The notes below the pieces were generated by a model. That model saw only the letters and a program-made list of their open reading frames with translations, searched no databases and was not told the origin of the DNA. This document shows, in pieces, positions 38,448 to 51,555 of a stretch of 64,000 nt of DNA (positions are counted from its first letter, which is position 1; the number at the start of each line of letters is the position of its first letter). Position numbers and translations under genes: made by a program. Source of the stretch: Octopus bimaculoides (lineage: Eukaryota); NCBI RefSeq assembly GCF_001194135.2, contig NC_068982.1, positions 8,458,062 through 8,522,061 on the forward strand, read 5' to 3'.

Positions 38448-39078
38448 TAAGAGAGATAAGTTATATCAAATCTCCGAGAAAGAGATAAACAGTAATAGTA
38501 CGGAATCGTAAAATATATTTGCCAACTAAATGTGGTGGTCCTATAGATGATGTTGTTACTGTTGTTTTTAGCCTCAGGAAGTCATCTCCTCCCGCTGGTC
38601 AACGACACACGGTCCGTATCTGATTAGTATTTGCGAAGGTCATCGCTCCTATCTCTAGTCTTACGTCATACACACAGACCCGTGTTTCTGGGTAGTTACT
38701 TGTATTCAGTGTATGATAATCACTGGTTAGTAATGAAGAACTCATCCCACTCGCAAAATACTATGTTTTTTCTAGCGACACACTGTCGCTGATCTCGTTA
38801 AGAGAGAGATAAGTTATATTAAATCTCCGAGCGAGAGATAAACACTAACAATACGGAATCGTAAAATATATTTCCAGCTAAATGTTCGTGGTGCTCTAGA
38901 GGACGGTGTTACTCTTGTTTTTAGCCCCAGGAAGACATCTCCTCCAGGTGGTCAACGACACAGTTTGTGTCTGATTAGTATTTGCGAGGGAGTTCATCAC
39001 TAGCTAGTGATTAACACACACTGAAGACGGGTAACCATCCAGAAATCCGGATCAGTGTGTATCACGTAAGGCTTGATC
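38448..39078. mobile_element. Direct-plus-inverted array of a pLTR-like unit carrying a hammerhead
   Basis: 38448-38639 is similar to 38799-38990 (direct); 38651-38795 is the reverse complement of ~38950-39078. Confidence 0.75.
39014..39060 (+). ncRNA. Type I hammerhead-like motif, third family
   Basis: ACACAC(A)-CUGAAGA-C-GGGU-aacc-AUCC-A-GAAA-UCCGGA-UC-(A)GUGUGU; inverted sister copy at 38671-38715. Confidence 0.7.
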
Positions 39079-39689
39079 CCCTTGTCAGTCTTACGATAAT
39101 TGCTTTATCGTGGCTAAGAATTGTTTTGATTTTTATTTCTAGCAATGCTGGTATTTGCTGTACATTTAGTCACATTAGTGACGTCTATAGTTCTGGCTTT
39201 CGGTTGTAAATAACTAATAAGCCACCTTTGTATTTGTGTGTAGGTATGTGATGTGACGTACGACTTCTCGTCGTCACTGTTATGTCTGAACTGATATAAT
39301 ATTAAACGTTCCGCATGTTCTCTTATTACTCTCCATCTGTGTATCTTCAACAAGCAACTCCACGATATGTCTATTCAATAATTCCTACGACCTGTACACT
39401 ATGACTGTGCATATGACACTCTTCTCAGACTGTTCTGCGCATTCTCATTTATACTAACTAGGATAGTTCATTTAGCCAATAACAGGGGTGTACAGATTCC
39501 CCATACAACAGTATGTATATATATGTCTGTATGGATGTATGTAAATATGTATGTATAGATTGTTTGAAGTGGTGTACCAATTTTATATGTTAAGACAAAC
39601 GATGTAAAAGGACATCGGATACAACGTCGGGATTTGGGGCAAATGCGCCTTTTTTTCTGTTCTTCTGTCTTTTCATTGTTTGTTTATTT

Positions 39690-39739
<50 letters not shown>

Positions 39740-39740
<1 letters not shown>

Positions 39741-40665
39741 CAAACTAACGTCCGTTCTGGTCCTAGCACTACTGACATCGCGAAGCAATGGAATCGCAAA
39801 CATCACGAAACAATTCTTTTGGCATTTGTGTACATTCTCGTTCAATGAATGCTGACACATCAGCGATATGGCAGTGTCTGATGTTTGTTATCAGGCAGGC
39901 AGATAGTGCATGAAGACATTCGGTATTTATCCCAAGCCATCAACACAAGAGGAAAGACCGCGCTACGAAGCCTTTGAACAAACTCAAGCATCTCATCCAA
40001 CCGAACATGCTTTGGTTTTTCTCAGACGAGAAAAACTTGTGCTAGGATCAGATGGTGAACACACAGAAGAACCGTTGGCTTGCCGTGTCCTCAAAACATG
40101 TACCAAGAGTGAAAAGTCAGACACAACCAGTCAACATCATGGTGTTTGGAATGATCACTGGTGATGGCAACGTTATGCCTCCATTCATCTTCCCACACGA
40201 AGTCGGACTCAACATGGAGGCCTACACAAGTACCTGGAGTAGGTAGTGCTGCCTTGAGCGAGAGGATGGCTGCTGGAAGACCACAAAAGCAGGAGAACCC
40301 AATCATGGCTTTCAGACAATTTCTGCGACAACGTCGCTCGTAACATCTGGCCACCTAACTCCCAAGACTGCAACGCCCTTGATTATTATGTGTGGGGCGC
40401 AGTTGAGCGAGAGACTAACGAAACTCCTTGTAACACCAAAGATGATGTGAAGGCAAGGATTATGGCAGTATTCATCAACTTAAACAAGGGGACTATCCAA
40501 AAATGTTGCAGGAGATTCCGAGGTCGTCTGGAGGCCGTGGTTGAAGCCAATAATGGAATAAATTTATTCTTTTCTTATGTAATTTTGGTAAATATAGCTG
40601 TTGAAATGAGACATCAGTGTTATTTTCATATTTGCGTAATTTAGACGACTATTTATTCTCCGCAC
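39740..40665 (+). mobile_element. Decayed Tc1/mariner (maT-like DDxD) transposon
   Basis: FSDEKN motif, VFGMITGDGNVMPPFIF, WPPNSQDCNALDYYVWGAVERETNETPCNTKDDVKARI; frameshifted. Confidence 0.85.
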
Positions 40666-41199
40666 TATGCGCGCGCGTGTGTGCATACATAAATACATAC
40701 ATACATACATACAAACAATCGTTTCAATCTTTTCGACTTTTTCAACTAAGAGTAAAACAAAGGTGGATATTAATTATGAAGAAAAACAATTAAATTGAAG
40801 ATATTTTGTAAATATTTCCATAGTCTTCAAATAGCTAGGACATATTAATTTATATATATATATATATACATAAATATATATATACATACACACATACATA
40901 TATACATATAGTCCACAAATGAGATCCAGATATTCTCAGAGTATTATAGTGTTCAAAAGATTCAAACTTTGACTCCAATGTTTTTACATGGGATCGATTC
41001 CATAGGATACCACAGAATGGTTATAATAGGGATTAGGTCGAAGGGATATAGAGGAAATCATCCGGATAAACAAACTAGATATATCAAATATAATAGATTG
41101 TGTATGAAATAAAAAAATATGTGTATACGTATACATGCAATACGATAGAAAGTAGAGTGGAAACTTTCAGGCGATGAATATTTAATTATAAATAGATAT

Positions 41200-42010
41200 A
41201 TGACGTCGTCAAATATGACATTTGTAGTAAGCTATATGGTAAACTTTGACAGCTGTTTATTTCGCGCCATTATTATAATTTGACAATCTTTTTTCTTTTA
41301 GAAAACTGACACACCCATTTCTTTATTCTAACCAATTTTGCGCTTTATAAAGTATTTATAAATCATTTTTTGCTATCTTTGTTTAAATATGGATAAGTCG
41401 GAAATATGTACAGTTTTGAAATACGAGTGTTTCCTTGGAAATACAGCATCACAGACAGCTCGGAATATTAATGGAGTATTTCATTCTAATGTTGCTACAC
41501 AGCAGACAGTATCAAATTGGTTTGCAAAATTTCGTTCTGGTAACTTTGACCTCACAAATGAGCAACGCGGTCAACCAGAAACAAAGGTGGGTCAGATCCA
41601 TCTCAAAGTGCCCGTGAATTATCGTTGTTGTTTGGTGTTAGCAAGCAAACAATATTGGCTCACTTCAATCAAATTGCTAAAGTGAAGAAGTTGGATAAGT
41701 GGGTTCCACTTGAACTCAATGAAAATCAGAAACAGCAACGTTTGGAAGCCTGCATTTTGCTACTTTCTCGTCACACAATAAATCATTTTCGAATAGAATT
41801 GTAACATGTGATGAGAAATGGATCCAATACAATAACCGTAAACGTTCAACATAATGGCTGGACAAAACGAGCCACCAAAACACAGTCCAAAATCAAAAGC
41901 AAACTTCACCAATTTGCACTCGTTCTGGGTCTCCTCATGTACATCAACAAAAAGTCTCACTAGAGATTTCTTGAGTCGGCTTACGTACATATGTCCGTCA
42001 AATAAACACA
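41200..42010 (+). mobile_element. Decayed mariner (Hsmar1/SETMAR-like) transposon, N-terminal half
   Basis: MDKSEICTVLKYEC..TASQTARNINGVF..TVSNWFAKFRSGNFDL, WVPLELNENQKQQRLEAC, RIVTCDEKWIQYNN. Confidence 0.85.
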
Positions 42011-42214
42011 AGGTATAGGATCCACTTTACATTTTACTTTGGAGATACTTCACTTTGGTGACATTATTCAAGCATGGCTAGTTTACACTGGCCACAGTTC
42101 AACTATATGGGATAAGGACACGATCATTAAGGTGGGGATATCATTGCGAAAGTAATATATTGAAAGGAGTACAGTTAATTGTCAGTTATACACAATACTT
42201 ACTTTTGCGTAAAT

Positions 42215-42647
42215 ATTGATTTCAAATTTTGACGCTAGGCCAGTTTTTTCGAGAGTTGAGGTAAGTCTGTCACATCGACCCTAGTGATCAGTTGGTACCT
42301 ATTTTATCGACCCCGAAAGAGTGAAAGGCAAAATCGACCTGAGCAGATTTTGAACTAAGAACGTAACGGCGTACGAAGTGCCACTACGCATTTCGCCGGG
42401 CGTGCTAACGTGTCTTATTTCTTTATTGCCCACAAGGGGCTAAACATAGAGGGGAAAAACAAGGACAGACAAGGGGATTACGTCAATTACATCGACCCCA
42501 GTGCGTAAATGGTACTTAATTTATCGACCCCGAAAGGATAAAAGGCAAAGTCGACCTCGGTGGAATTTGAACTCAGAACGTAGCAGCAGACGATATACCG
42601 CTAAGCATTTCGTCCGGCGTGCTAACGTTTCTGCCAGCTCGCCGCCT
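42215..42647 (-). mobile_element. SINE family B dimer
   Basis: Same left-monomer tail / right-monomer junction as at ~28220. Confidence 0.9.
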
Positions 42648-42808
42648 TCCTGCGCGTAAATATTACTTACACTATGAAATAGTCTATCACAACGAATACA
42701 AAGACATATGATGCTCTAATTGAACTCTGTTGCTTAATGTTTAGTTAAAAAGACACTGATATAATAAATAACACGTTTAAAAAATAAGTACTTTGATCGA
42801 TTTGTTAC

Positions 42809-42832
42809 CTTATCATGGTCGCACTCCAATAC
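42809..42832 (-). CDS. Candidate 24-nt microexon
   Basis: ctatctctttcttcattcag|GTATTGGAGTGCGACCATGATAAG|gtaaca; frame-preserving length (VLECDHDK or YWSATMI). Confidence 0.3.
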
Positions 42833-43513
42833 CTGAATGAAGAAAGAGATAGTTTGTCATTTCAATCTGGACTGACCAGGAATAAGCAACAAGAAAAATA
42901 AAAATAAATCTGTTATTGTAAAACATTGGCGTGGTCTTTCCATCGCTACGATTTGGAGCGCATTGTGTGCTTAGGCAATTAACGTCAAACTCAACACTCG
43001 AAACTGCGTTTTGTTTTCTCGCCATCTCTATACAGTGTTTTGAAAAAACAAAGCAAATACTGATAATATTTAATTTGGCAGTTTGAGGTGAAATGAAGGA
43101 GATATTAGGAATATTAATGCCGTTCTACTGATTTCTGCAATTTTATGCAGAAATCAAACCTTTTGATTATAAATTTGCCTTGGGTTAAAATAAAATTATG
43201 TGAATATAAATAAAGGTCAAGTGAAAATATTATCGATTTTTCTAATGAATGTTTTATTAACACACAAGTAACCATTGAGGATGATGAGGTTAATTATACA
43301 TGTACGCTTGATTAAAGCTACCACGACGTTGGTAAAGATGATACAGATGACGATAAGAGGGAATGAAGTTATGGTCCAGGACTGCACAGATGTTAAAGTT
43401 TAAACTAGCATTAATTCAATTCATTACAAAACATCTGTTTTACAATTATGGAAATAAACTGTATCTAACCGCTTACTGAAACACACAAACAAATATAAAC
43501 CTGTGTATAATAC

Positions 43514-43568
<55 letters not shown>

Positions 43569-44029
43569 NNNNNNNNNNNNNNNNNNNNNNNNNNNNNNNN
43601 NNNNNNNNNNNNNNNNNNNNNNNNNNNNNNNNNNNNNNNNNNNNNNNNNNNNNNNNNNNNNNNNNNNNNNNNNNNNNNNNNNNNNNNNNNNNNNNNNNNN
43701 NNNNNNNNNNNNNNNNNNNNNNNNNNNNNNNNNNNNNNNNNNNNNNNNNNNNNNNNNNNNNNNNNNNNNNNNNNNNNNNNNNNNNNNNNNNNNNNNNNNN
43801 NNNNNNNNNNNNNNNNNNNNNNNNNNNNNNNNNNNNNNNNNNNNNNNNNNNNNNNNNNNNNNNNNNNNNNNNNNNNNNNNNNNNNNNNNNNNNNNNNNNN
43901 NNNNNNNNNNNNNNNNNNNNNNNNNNNNNNNNNNNNNNNNNNNNNNNNNNNNNNNNNNNNNNNNNNNNNNNNNNNNNNNNNNNNNNNNNNNNNNNNNNNN
44001 NNNNNNNNNNNNNNNNNNNNNNNNNNNNN

Positions 44030-44094
<65 letters not shown>

Positions 44095-44732
44095 CGATAA
44101 GAAACTGAAGAGAAAATACCAATGAGAAGCGTGTCTTTTGCGCTAGGAAGCAATTATTTAATTTGTTAAGAAAGGTGAGAAGGAGAGTGAGTTTACGATC
44201 GTTTCTGTGTACCATGGTGAGGAAAATACATATAGTTTTGCCTCGTTGCCAATGGCAGCCATCAGAAAGAAATACCATAAACATAACTACAACTTTACAC
44301 GTTACACGAATACTGAGGGCAGTTTCTACACCAAAAATAACAATATTAATAATAAACGAAATAGGGATACGATCTGGCTAATAATCCCCTTCACCATGCA
44401 GCTCAAATCTATAGAACATAGTTCGCTCCATAATGAGACTCATAGATAAGCACTTCAAATAAAAAAATTAATATGCAGCAATATTCAAGAATAAAATAGT
44501 AATCAAAGGGGTCTATGAGTAAAAAATCTTTGAGAACCCTTGCTTTAGAGTGTAACGATCAAAGGTAGAAACATTTCCTGAGGGATGTTTCTTCTCTAAA
44601 GACTTTCTGCACCTTTGAGAGTCTTCTACAACTACAGTCTTTGTAGGCATGGAAGTGTCACACTGTTCCATTAAATCAAAGTACCAACCATCTCAAATTG
44701 CTTGAAATATACTTTCTATATATATATATGTA

Positions 44733-45153
44733 TGGTGGAGGCGCAATGGCCCAGTGGTTAGGGCAGCGGACTCGCGGTTATAGGATCGCGGTTCCGATTC
44801 CCAGCCCGGGCGTTGTGAGTGTTTATTGAGCGAAAACACCTAAAGTTCCACGAGGCTCCGGTAGGGGATGGTGGCGAACCCTGCTGTACTCTTTCGCTAC
44901 AACTTTCTCTTCCTGTTTCTGTTGTGCCTGTATTTCAAAGGGCCAGCCTTGTCACACTGTGTCACTCTGAATATCCCCGAGAACTACGTTAAGGGTACAC
45001 GTGTCTGTGGAGTGCTCAGCCACTTGCANNNNNNNNNNTACACGTGTCTGTGGAGTGCTCAGCCACTTGCACGTTAATTTCACGTGCAGGCTGTTCCGTT
45101 GATCGGATCAACTGGAACCCTCGACGTCGTAAGCGACGGAATGCCAACAACAA
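44733..45153 (+). mobile_element. SINE family C with a tRNA(Arg)-like head
   Basis: A box tggcccagtgg, B-box-like ggttccgattccc, anticodon-like TCG, (aac)n tail; second copy at 61300-61670. Confidence 0.85.
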
Positions 45154-46717
45154 CATATATGTATGACTCTAGATTCCTCAAGATGTACCAAGTTTTATAA
45201 GAGAAATCAATGCAGCTTCCAAGAAAAAAGTTTACATACTGGTGTTAGTTACATCCGCAGTTTGATAAATTAGCCAATATTAAATTATAATGTTTTATTG
45301 TCAACATTACATTTTGCCGTAGATGCTTCAACACTTACAACAGTATTGAAACTCACGTAGTAACATTTGCTATAATATATTTATAAAAATGCAAAAGCAC
45401 GCCCGTATATGCAGTTTGTCCGAGTAATTCTAATACTGTAATTTCGTTTTTTTTTTCTTCGACAGCCTTTTGTTGGTTAACGGTTCATTAATAGTATTTC
45501 TCAGAAATACTTGGAATGCTAATATACATCTCAGTGTATATGAATTCTAATTAATGACCGTTGTAATAATGAAAATTAATATTTTTGCCGCTAATTAATA
45601 TGCGTTGCAGCTTTGCTAATAACAATGAGAATGAAATACTATCTTATCCTTTCGTCAAGTAAATATTTGGTATTAGACACAGAGAATCCGATAGAGAGAA
45701 ATGTGAAGTCGTTCAATGACCCATGTAATATAAATAAAACAAATTATTTTAAGAGGGACATGATCCGATTGTTTGAAATATATTCTAAAATACACATTAT
45801 CTCTCCATGTATGTCTATGCATTGCAGTAAGCTAATAATAATATTTGATTTATCGACATTGTATCCATAATGACAAAAACAAAAGAAATATGAACAACAA
45901 TGAAAATTCGGCTCAAAAGAAGATAGAGGAGAAGAGTATGCAATTCCAAATGAATGAAAGTGATACATGGAAAAATGGTGTGTGAGTTTAATCTTAGGTA
46001 TTTATTGCAACAAGTTTCATATTTATTCGACCACATCGGTGATGCATATAGAGTAAACAACTGATTGACTATAACAATCACTTAGCTGTAGCATTGGATA
46101 GCAGGGAGTATTTTCTTGAAGTTAAATTACGGTAATCAAATACATATTGTATTTGAAGAGAGGTTCATTTTAACTTAATAATTTCAGTTACTCATTAATG
46201 CGTACCTCCAATTAAGTACGCAATAACATAGTTATAACATTTTATCACGCGCCTACCTGATAAGTAACAACGTTCTACATTTGCTAGTTAGAGGTAATCG
46301 GATTTTGTGAGGTTTATAGTTTTCAATGCAATTGAAGTTATTATTAGGAATTAACATCGCTAATTTGTGTCGTGCTAGCAGGAGTCACAATAACGGTGAA
46401 TAATTGAATGGAAAAATCGAATCTTGTGTAAATTATCAACTAAGATAATACGTCAACTTAGTGCTAATTTGTTCTGAGCGTCAGAAATATAGCACTGGAA
46501 AACATGCTCAGAAATTCATTTTAGATGATCATTCCCCTGCTGAATGCGTAAACGTCCTCAAACTTCTATGGGTAGTATGTGTGTTTGGTTTTGTACCATA
46601 CAAATATTAGATCATGATTTTGAAGAAAATAAGTCAGATTATGACCTTCCGCATCACCAAGAGGAAAGCGTACGTATTATATACAGCCTTCATTCAACAT
46701 CATTTCTAAACGTATAG

Positions 46718-46759
<42 letters not shown>

Positions 46760-47019
46760 ATAAAACACACATACGTACAAATACACACATACACACACAC
46801 AAACGAACACGCACACGCGCATACAGGCATGTGCGAAAATGAACTGATGTACAAAAATCAACGTCAAGTGAAATTTAGAAAAATTGCACTTCTTTGACTG
46901 ACATGTAATTTCATGACACCAGAAACATTAAAAAACTGTAATTAATGGAAGCCACATTATTGTTTTACTAGGATACCATCACCGAAGATCACCGATTATG
47001 TATCTATACTAATTCATAT

Positions 47020-49776
47020 TGTTGTAGAAGAATTCCAACCAGTCCCCAAGTCACTAAAGGTGGACTGGCTCGTTGTTTGGTAGTTCGAGTTGGCAAGCAG
47101 TTCACTGTGAGCCGTGATAGAGAGTGCTGAGTCTCGTGCAATAATAATAGTAGTGTGTCGCGGAAATACTTTCTTTTCCCATTCTTCATTATATTATATA
47201 TCCAATATAAGGCTATAAAAGTGGCGGCGAGTTGTTCGAAGCTAGCGTTGAACGGTTTAATTTTTTAAATGTTTTGGTAGGAAACCAAACAAAAAGTAAT
47301 TTGACACGGATAAATTATTGACCTCCGTGGTGCAGTAGCTACGTCAACTACAGCAGCAACAACAACAGCAACAACCAGCGACTTTTCAACAGATTATAGA
47401 TGCAATGCTAGCGGAGTGTGAATACACAGTTCCATTTCTGGATGATATACACACTAAAAGCGAAACCAAGGATCAAAACGTAGAGCACGTAAAATATGTA
47501 TTCGAAAGAAATAAGGATTACGGCTTTACTTTGAATGAAGAAAAGTGAATTTTTCTTACCGAAGATAAGATATTTAGAACAAATCATTGACTGAAGTGGT
47601 TGTCGACTAGATCCGTCGAGGGCAGTCCCCTCCGACAAACATAGCGACCTTATAAGCATTTTAGAACTGGCGAACTATTACCAAAACTATATTCCAAAAA
47701 TGCATAAGGTGAGGGTTCCACTAAATAATCTACTGAAAAAATATATGAAATGGAATTGGTCCGAAAATTGTCAAGAGGCATTTGACGAAAATTAAAAAAA
47801 ATATTAATATCTGATTTGTCATTAGCACACTTCTGAGTACGGTATAGGAGCAGAAATGCTACATAAATATAAAAATGGTAACATGAAGGCGGTAGTTCAT
47901 GGCTCACGTTCTCTGATATCAGCAGAAAAAAATTCTAGTCAAACCGAAAAAAGAAGCTCTGGCGATTTTTTTCTTTTAGACGTGAAAACATTTCACAGAT
48001 ATTTGCACGGAAGAAGTATTCGTTTACAGACTGATCATCGTACGTTATTGTCAATATTTGGGTAAAAAAAAAATACGGAATGCCTACACATACTTTTAAT
48101 AGCTTCCAACGCCGGGGTATGATATTATTAAATTATAATTTAAAGGTGGAGTATATACCATCCAAGAAATTAAGTAATGCTGATTTTCTATCAAGACTGA
48201 TTTAAAAAAATCCGAAACCATTTGAAGATATCGTGATTGCTATTTTGCGAGCGGAAAATTATATAAAAAATGGTTTGTATAACTGCCGATTACTTTAGGA
48301 GACATATAATTAAAAACAGAAAACGATAAATTCATTAAAAAAAAATTAAAGAAATATTGAAGGTTAAAAGACATAAAAATATGTGCAATACAAATGCGAG
48401 CCATTTCTCACTGTTAAAATGTGTTAATATATGTCCCAAGAGTCGTATTGCTAGCCGCACAATAAAAGCCAATATTAAAGGAATTTCATATTGGTCACCC
48501 ATAGATTTCCAGAATGAAATCGTTAATGAGAAGTTATTTACACTGGCCAAAAATGAATCGTGACATTGATGAATCGGTGAAAGCATGCAAAGGTTGTGCC
48601 TTAACTGCAAAATCACCTACTACCAAATGGCAGCCGTGCCCCAAAATATATGTTCCATCGGCCACACTGCATGTTGATTACGCAGTTCCATCTAGGGTGC
48701 ATATAACCTTGTTGCGGTCAACAGTTTTCAAAAGTGGCCGGATGTGCATAATTGTAAAAAGCCGACATCTGCGGTTGCGATAGGCTTTTTACACGATCTG
48801 TTCGCCAGGTATGGTATTCGGGATACCACTGTGTCTGATAGTGGAACTCAATATACGTCAGACGTGTCCGGAAAATTTTGCAACATGTTCATCAACGAAC
48901 TTGTCACGATTCGGCCCTATCATCCTAGGTCAAATGGATAAGCGGGGAGCTTTCTTGACACTCGCAACAGGGCCTTGAAAAAGGCGAACATTGTAGTGAT
49001 AGACGACTTTACACTCCAACTACTTATAAGGTTGTACTGAGTAACACCTAATCCGAATACACCGTCGGGAATGTCATCCGTAGAATTGACGTTTGCTAGA
49101 AAGGTCAGATCCGTCTTTGATAAGTTGATGTCGAGTGAATATAAAAAAATGCGAACAACAAAAATACTTCAAAATTCTTCAAGTCAGGGAACAAATTCTT
49201 TTTTAAGCTTATAGATATGGTAATGAAAGCTGAGAGGAGGGTGTAATAATAAAATAAATGGAAGAATGTTATTCCTGGTATAAGGTAACAATGTCGAGCA
49301 TAAAAGACGTACTGACCAGCTTAAGAGAAGATTCACAAGAAAAACAGTCGCGAGAAATGAAGTCTCCATGAAAGTATTGCTCGACATGTGTGAGATACCA
49401 TCAACTAAACAATTTGAAAGTACACGTTCTATGACCAGAAAAATGGAAAGAACGGAAATACTGGAGTTGAAACCTAAGCGTAAGAGATAGTAAAACTCGG
49501 AGTGGAGTTCAATTCTCAAAAAGGGAGAAAAATAGGTGAGATTAATTCTATGAAGGACAGATGTTGTGGAAGGATTCTGACCACGCCCAAATAACAACAA
49601 GTGAACTGACTCTTGTTATATAAAAAAAAAAACTGTGAGTGATTGGTAGTTCATGTTGGCAAACAGTCCACTGTAAGCCATGATAGTGAGCGCTGAGTCT
49701 CGTGTAATAGTAATCGTAGTGCATCGTGTAAATACATTCTTTCCCCACTGCTTCGTTATATTATATATCCAATACA
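47020..49776 (+). mobile_element. Internally deleted Ty3/Gypsy LTR retrotransposon
   Basis: LTRs ~47020-47209 and 49562-49776 (TG...CA/TA), PBS-like TGGCGGCGAG at 47222-47231, RT (FQQIIDAML..FLDDI), RNase H (EYGIGA..HGSRSL..TDHRTL), integrase (MKSLMRSYLHWP..C..C, LFARYG..VSD.G, PYHPRSNG); gag and protease absent. Confidence 0.9.
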
Positions 49777-50542
49777 AGTTTCTAGGTGGGAAAATATATA
49801 ATTTATTCCATGCATTTACATTATATGTCGTATGTATATTATGCTATATAACATTATATTATGATTGATTACTGCTTTCGGTTAAAGATGCGAAAATAGA
49901 CACGTTACAAAACTTACAATTTTTCGCGTACATTTCTTTTAAGAGCTCTTGGCATCCTCGTTACTTGTTTACTAATAGTATTGTGCCTGTTTATATCACT
50001 CATTTTCTGGCAGATTGCCTTCGGAAAATAATTCTTTACAATAACTGAAACTTAGCAGGATATATATTCTGTAGAATATTCGCATCGTCCAAACTCATCA
50101 CCTGTCTACGGCGAAACTTTCTAGAAACCACTTCTTATTCTTTCTCATTAACAATTTTCCTCGTTTAAGAACGAAGAAAGGTGTTCATAAAAACTATACA
50201 TGTGTGATATTTTGAAGTGCCATTCTTGTCACTTTGGTTTACTTAGGCGCCTACATCTCACAGGTGCATAAGATGGCTAATTGCGAACCGTTACGGGACG
50301 GAGTTCCTCTTTGCATTGCTTGTGTATTCGTTCTTTCAAATTACTAACTATAATTAACAAAACACTAAATAGAGTCCATTGCAATAATTATTTTCCCAAA
50401 TTCATATTTAGACAATATGACGCAGATTATATTTAAATTGTAGCATTTTAAATATTATCATTAGCAAATGTTACACTACACACACAAACACACACATATG
50501 CATATACATATACACACATACATACGTACATACATACATTCA

Positions 50543-50578
50543 TTTTCTGTGGAAGAGCGTAGGCTCGAAACGTTAAAG
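50543..50578 (+). ncRNA. Hammerhead-like motif, position-6 variant
   Basis: UUUU-CUGUGGA-A-GAGC-guag-GCUC-GAAA-CG-UU-AAAG; lies in a ~120 bp repeat-like block (50540-50660). Confidence 0.6.
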
Positions 50579-50690
50579 ACTTTTTCAATTCCCGAGCGTT
50601 ATACTAATACATCTATTTCTTTTCTACACCACCTGTCTTCGTCTGTTATTTTTTTTTGTGTGAATTCTCCCCATACAAACATGCACACAT

Positions 50691-50726
<36 letters not shown>

Positions 50727-50742
50727 ACACACACACACACAC

Positions 50743-51004
50743 ACCGCTAAGTTATGGGGATATAAACACACCAGCGATGGTGGGGAGACAAACACAAACA
50801 CACAAACACACGCACACACACACACACATACATATATACATATACGACGAGCTTCCAGTTTCCGTCTACCAAATCTACTCACAAGGCTTTGGTCGGCTCG
50901 AGGATATAGTAGAATACACTTGCCCAAAGGGCCACGCAGTAGGACTGAACCCATGACCACGTGGTTGGCAAGCAAGCTACTTACCACACAACCACTCCTG
51001 CGCC
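50743..51004 (-). mobile_element. SINE family A, 3'-truncated
   Basis: Head ggcgcaggagtggttgtgtggtaagtagcttgctt on the minus strand. Confidence 0.85.
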
Positions 51005-51555
51005 TATACATATATATATATTTTAACAAAATTAATAATAAGGATTGCTACGAAGTTGCCTAGCATTACCTTTAATTCTTTAAGTTATGTACGGGATTAC
51101 ATAGACCATCACATGTTTCAATTGCACCGATTAGTAACCGTTGCAATTGCACCCCTACTAAAAAACCGGTGCACTTTCTCGGAGTCTTTGCTTCAATTTG
51201 GCCGTTTAAAGATTTTCTTTTATCTACTCTGCGTTGTATAATGTAGGGCTGTACATTAAGTGAGATGCGAGCAATCACCATTTCAAGTTTTTTTGGGATG
51301 ATCATTTTTAGTCCATAACAAGCTACTGCCGTCTCTACCGGACGAGGTGTCCAATACTGAAGAGAAACAAAAATAGCTCGAAGTCAGACTGGTTTCCTGG
51401 TCCCGTCGCTAGGTTAAATAATCGCAGTAAAGTGTGTTTAAAAGGAACAGTTATGCTGAAGGAGCTACGAACATTATTTGCTAATACAGCTACTGCGTTC
51501 ATCTCTTAGGGGGATTTTGGAATTAGCTATTTTTGCATGTTTAAATGATAATTAT

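Noticed and set aside
42813-43025. ORF as a signal-peptide first exon
   Set aside because: The hydrophobic stretch derives from a T-rich tract, and the microexon reading fits the splice signals better; neither is proven.
44733-44810. tRNA gene
   Set aside because: It is a SINE head: it continues into a body repeated at 61300-61670, and the cloverleaf is imperfect.
44995-45071. 33-bp tandem duplication inside the SINE
   Set aside because: The identical copies flank a 10-N gap, so it is most likely an unmerged contig overlap.
45613-46081. Overlapping ORFs suggesting a membrane receptor remnant
   Set aside because: No consistent frame or motif; AT-rich chance ORFs.
51352-51392. CUGAAGA..aaaaaua-GCUC-GAAG near the GIY-YIG PLE
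   Set aside because: Stem II is broken, GAAA is mutated and it is antisense to the ORF; suggestive only.
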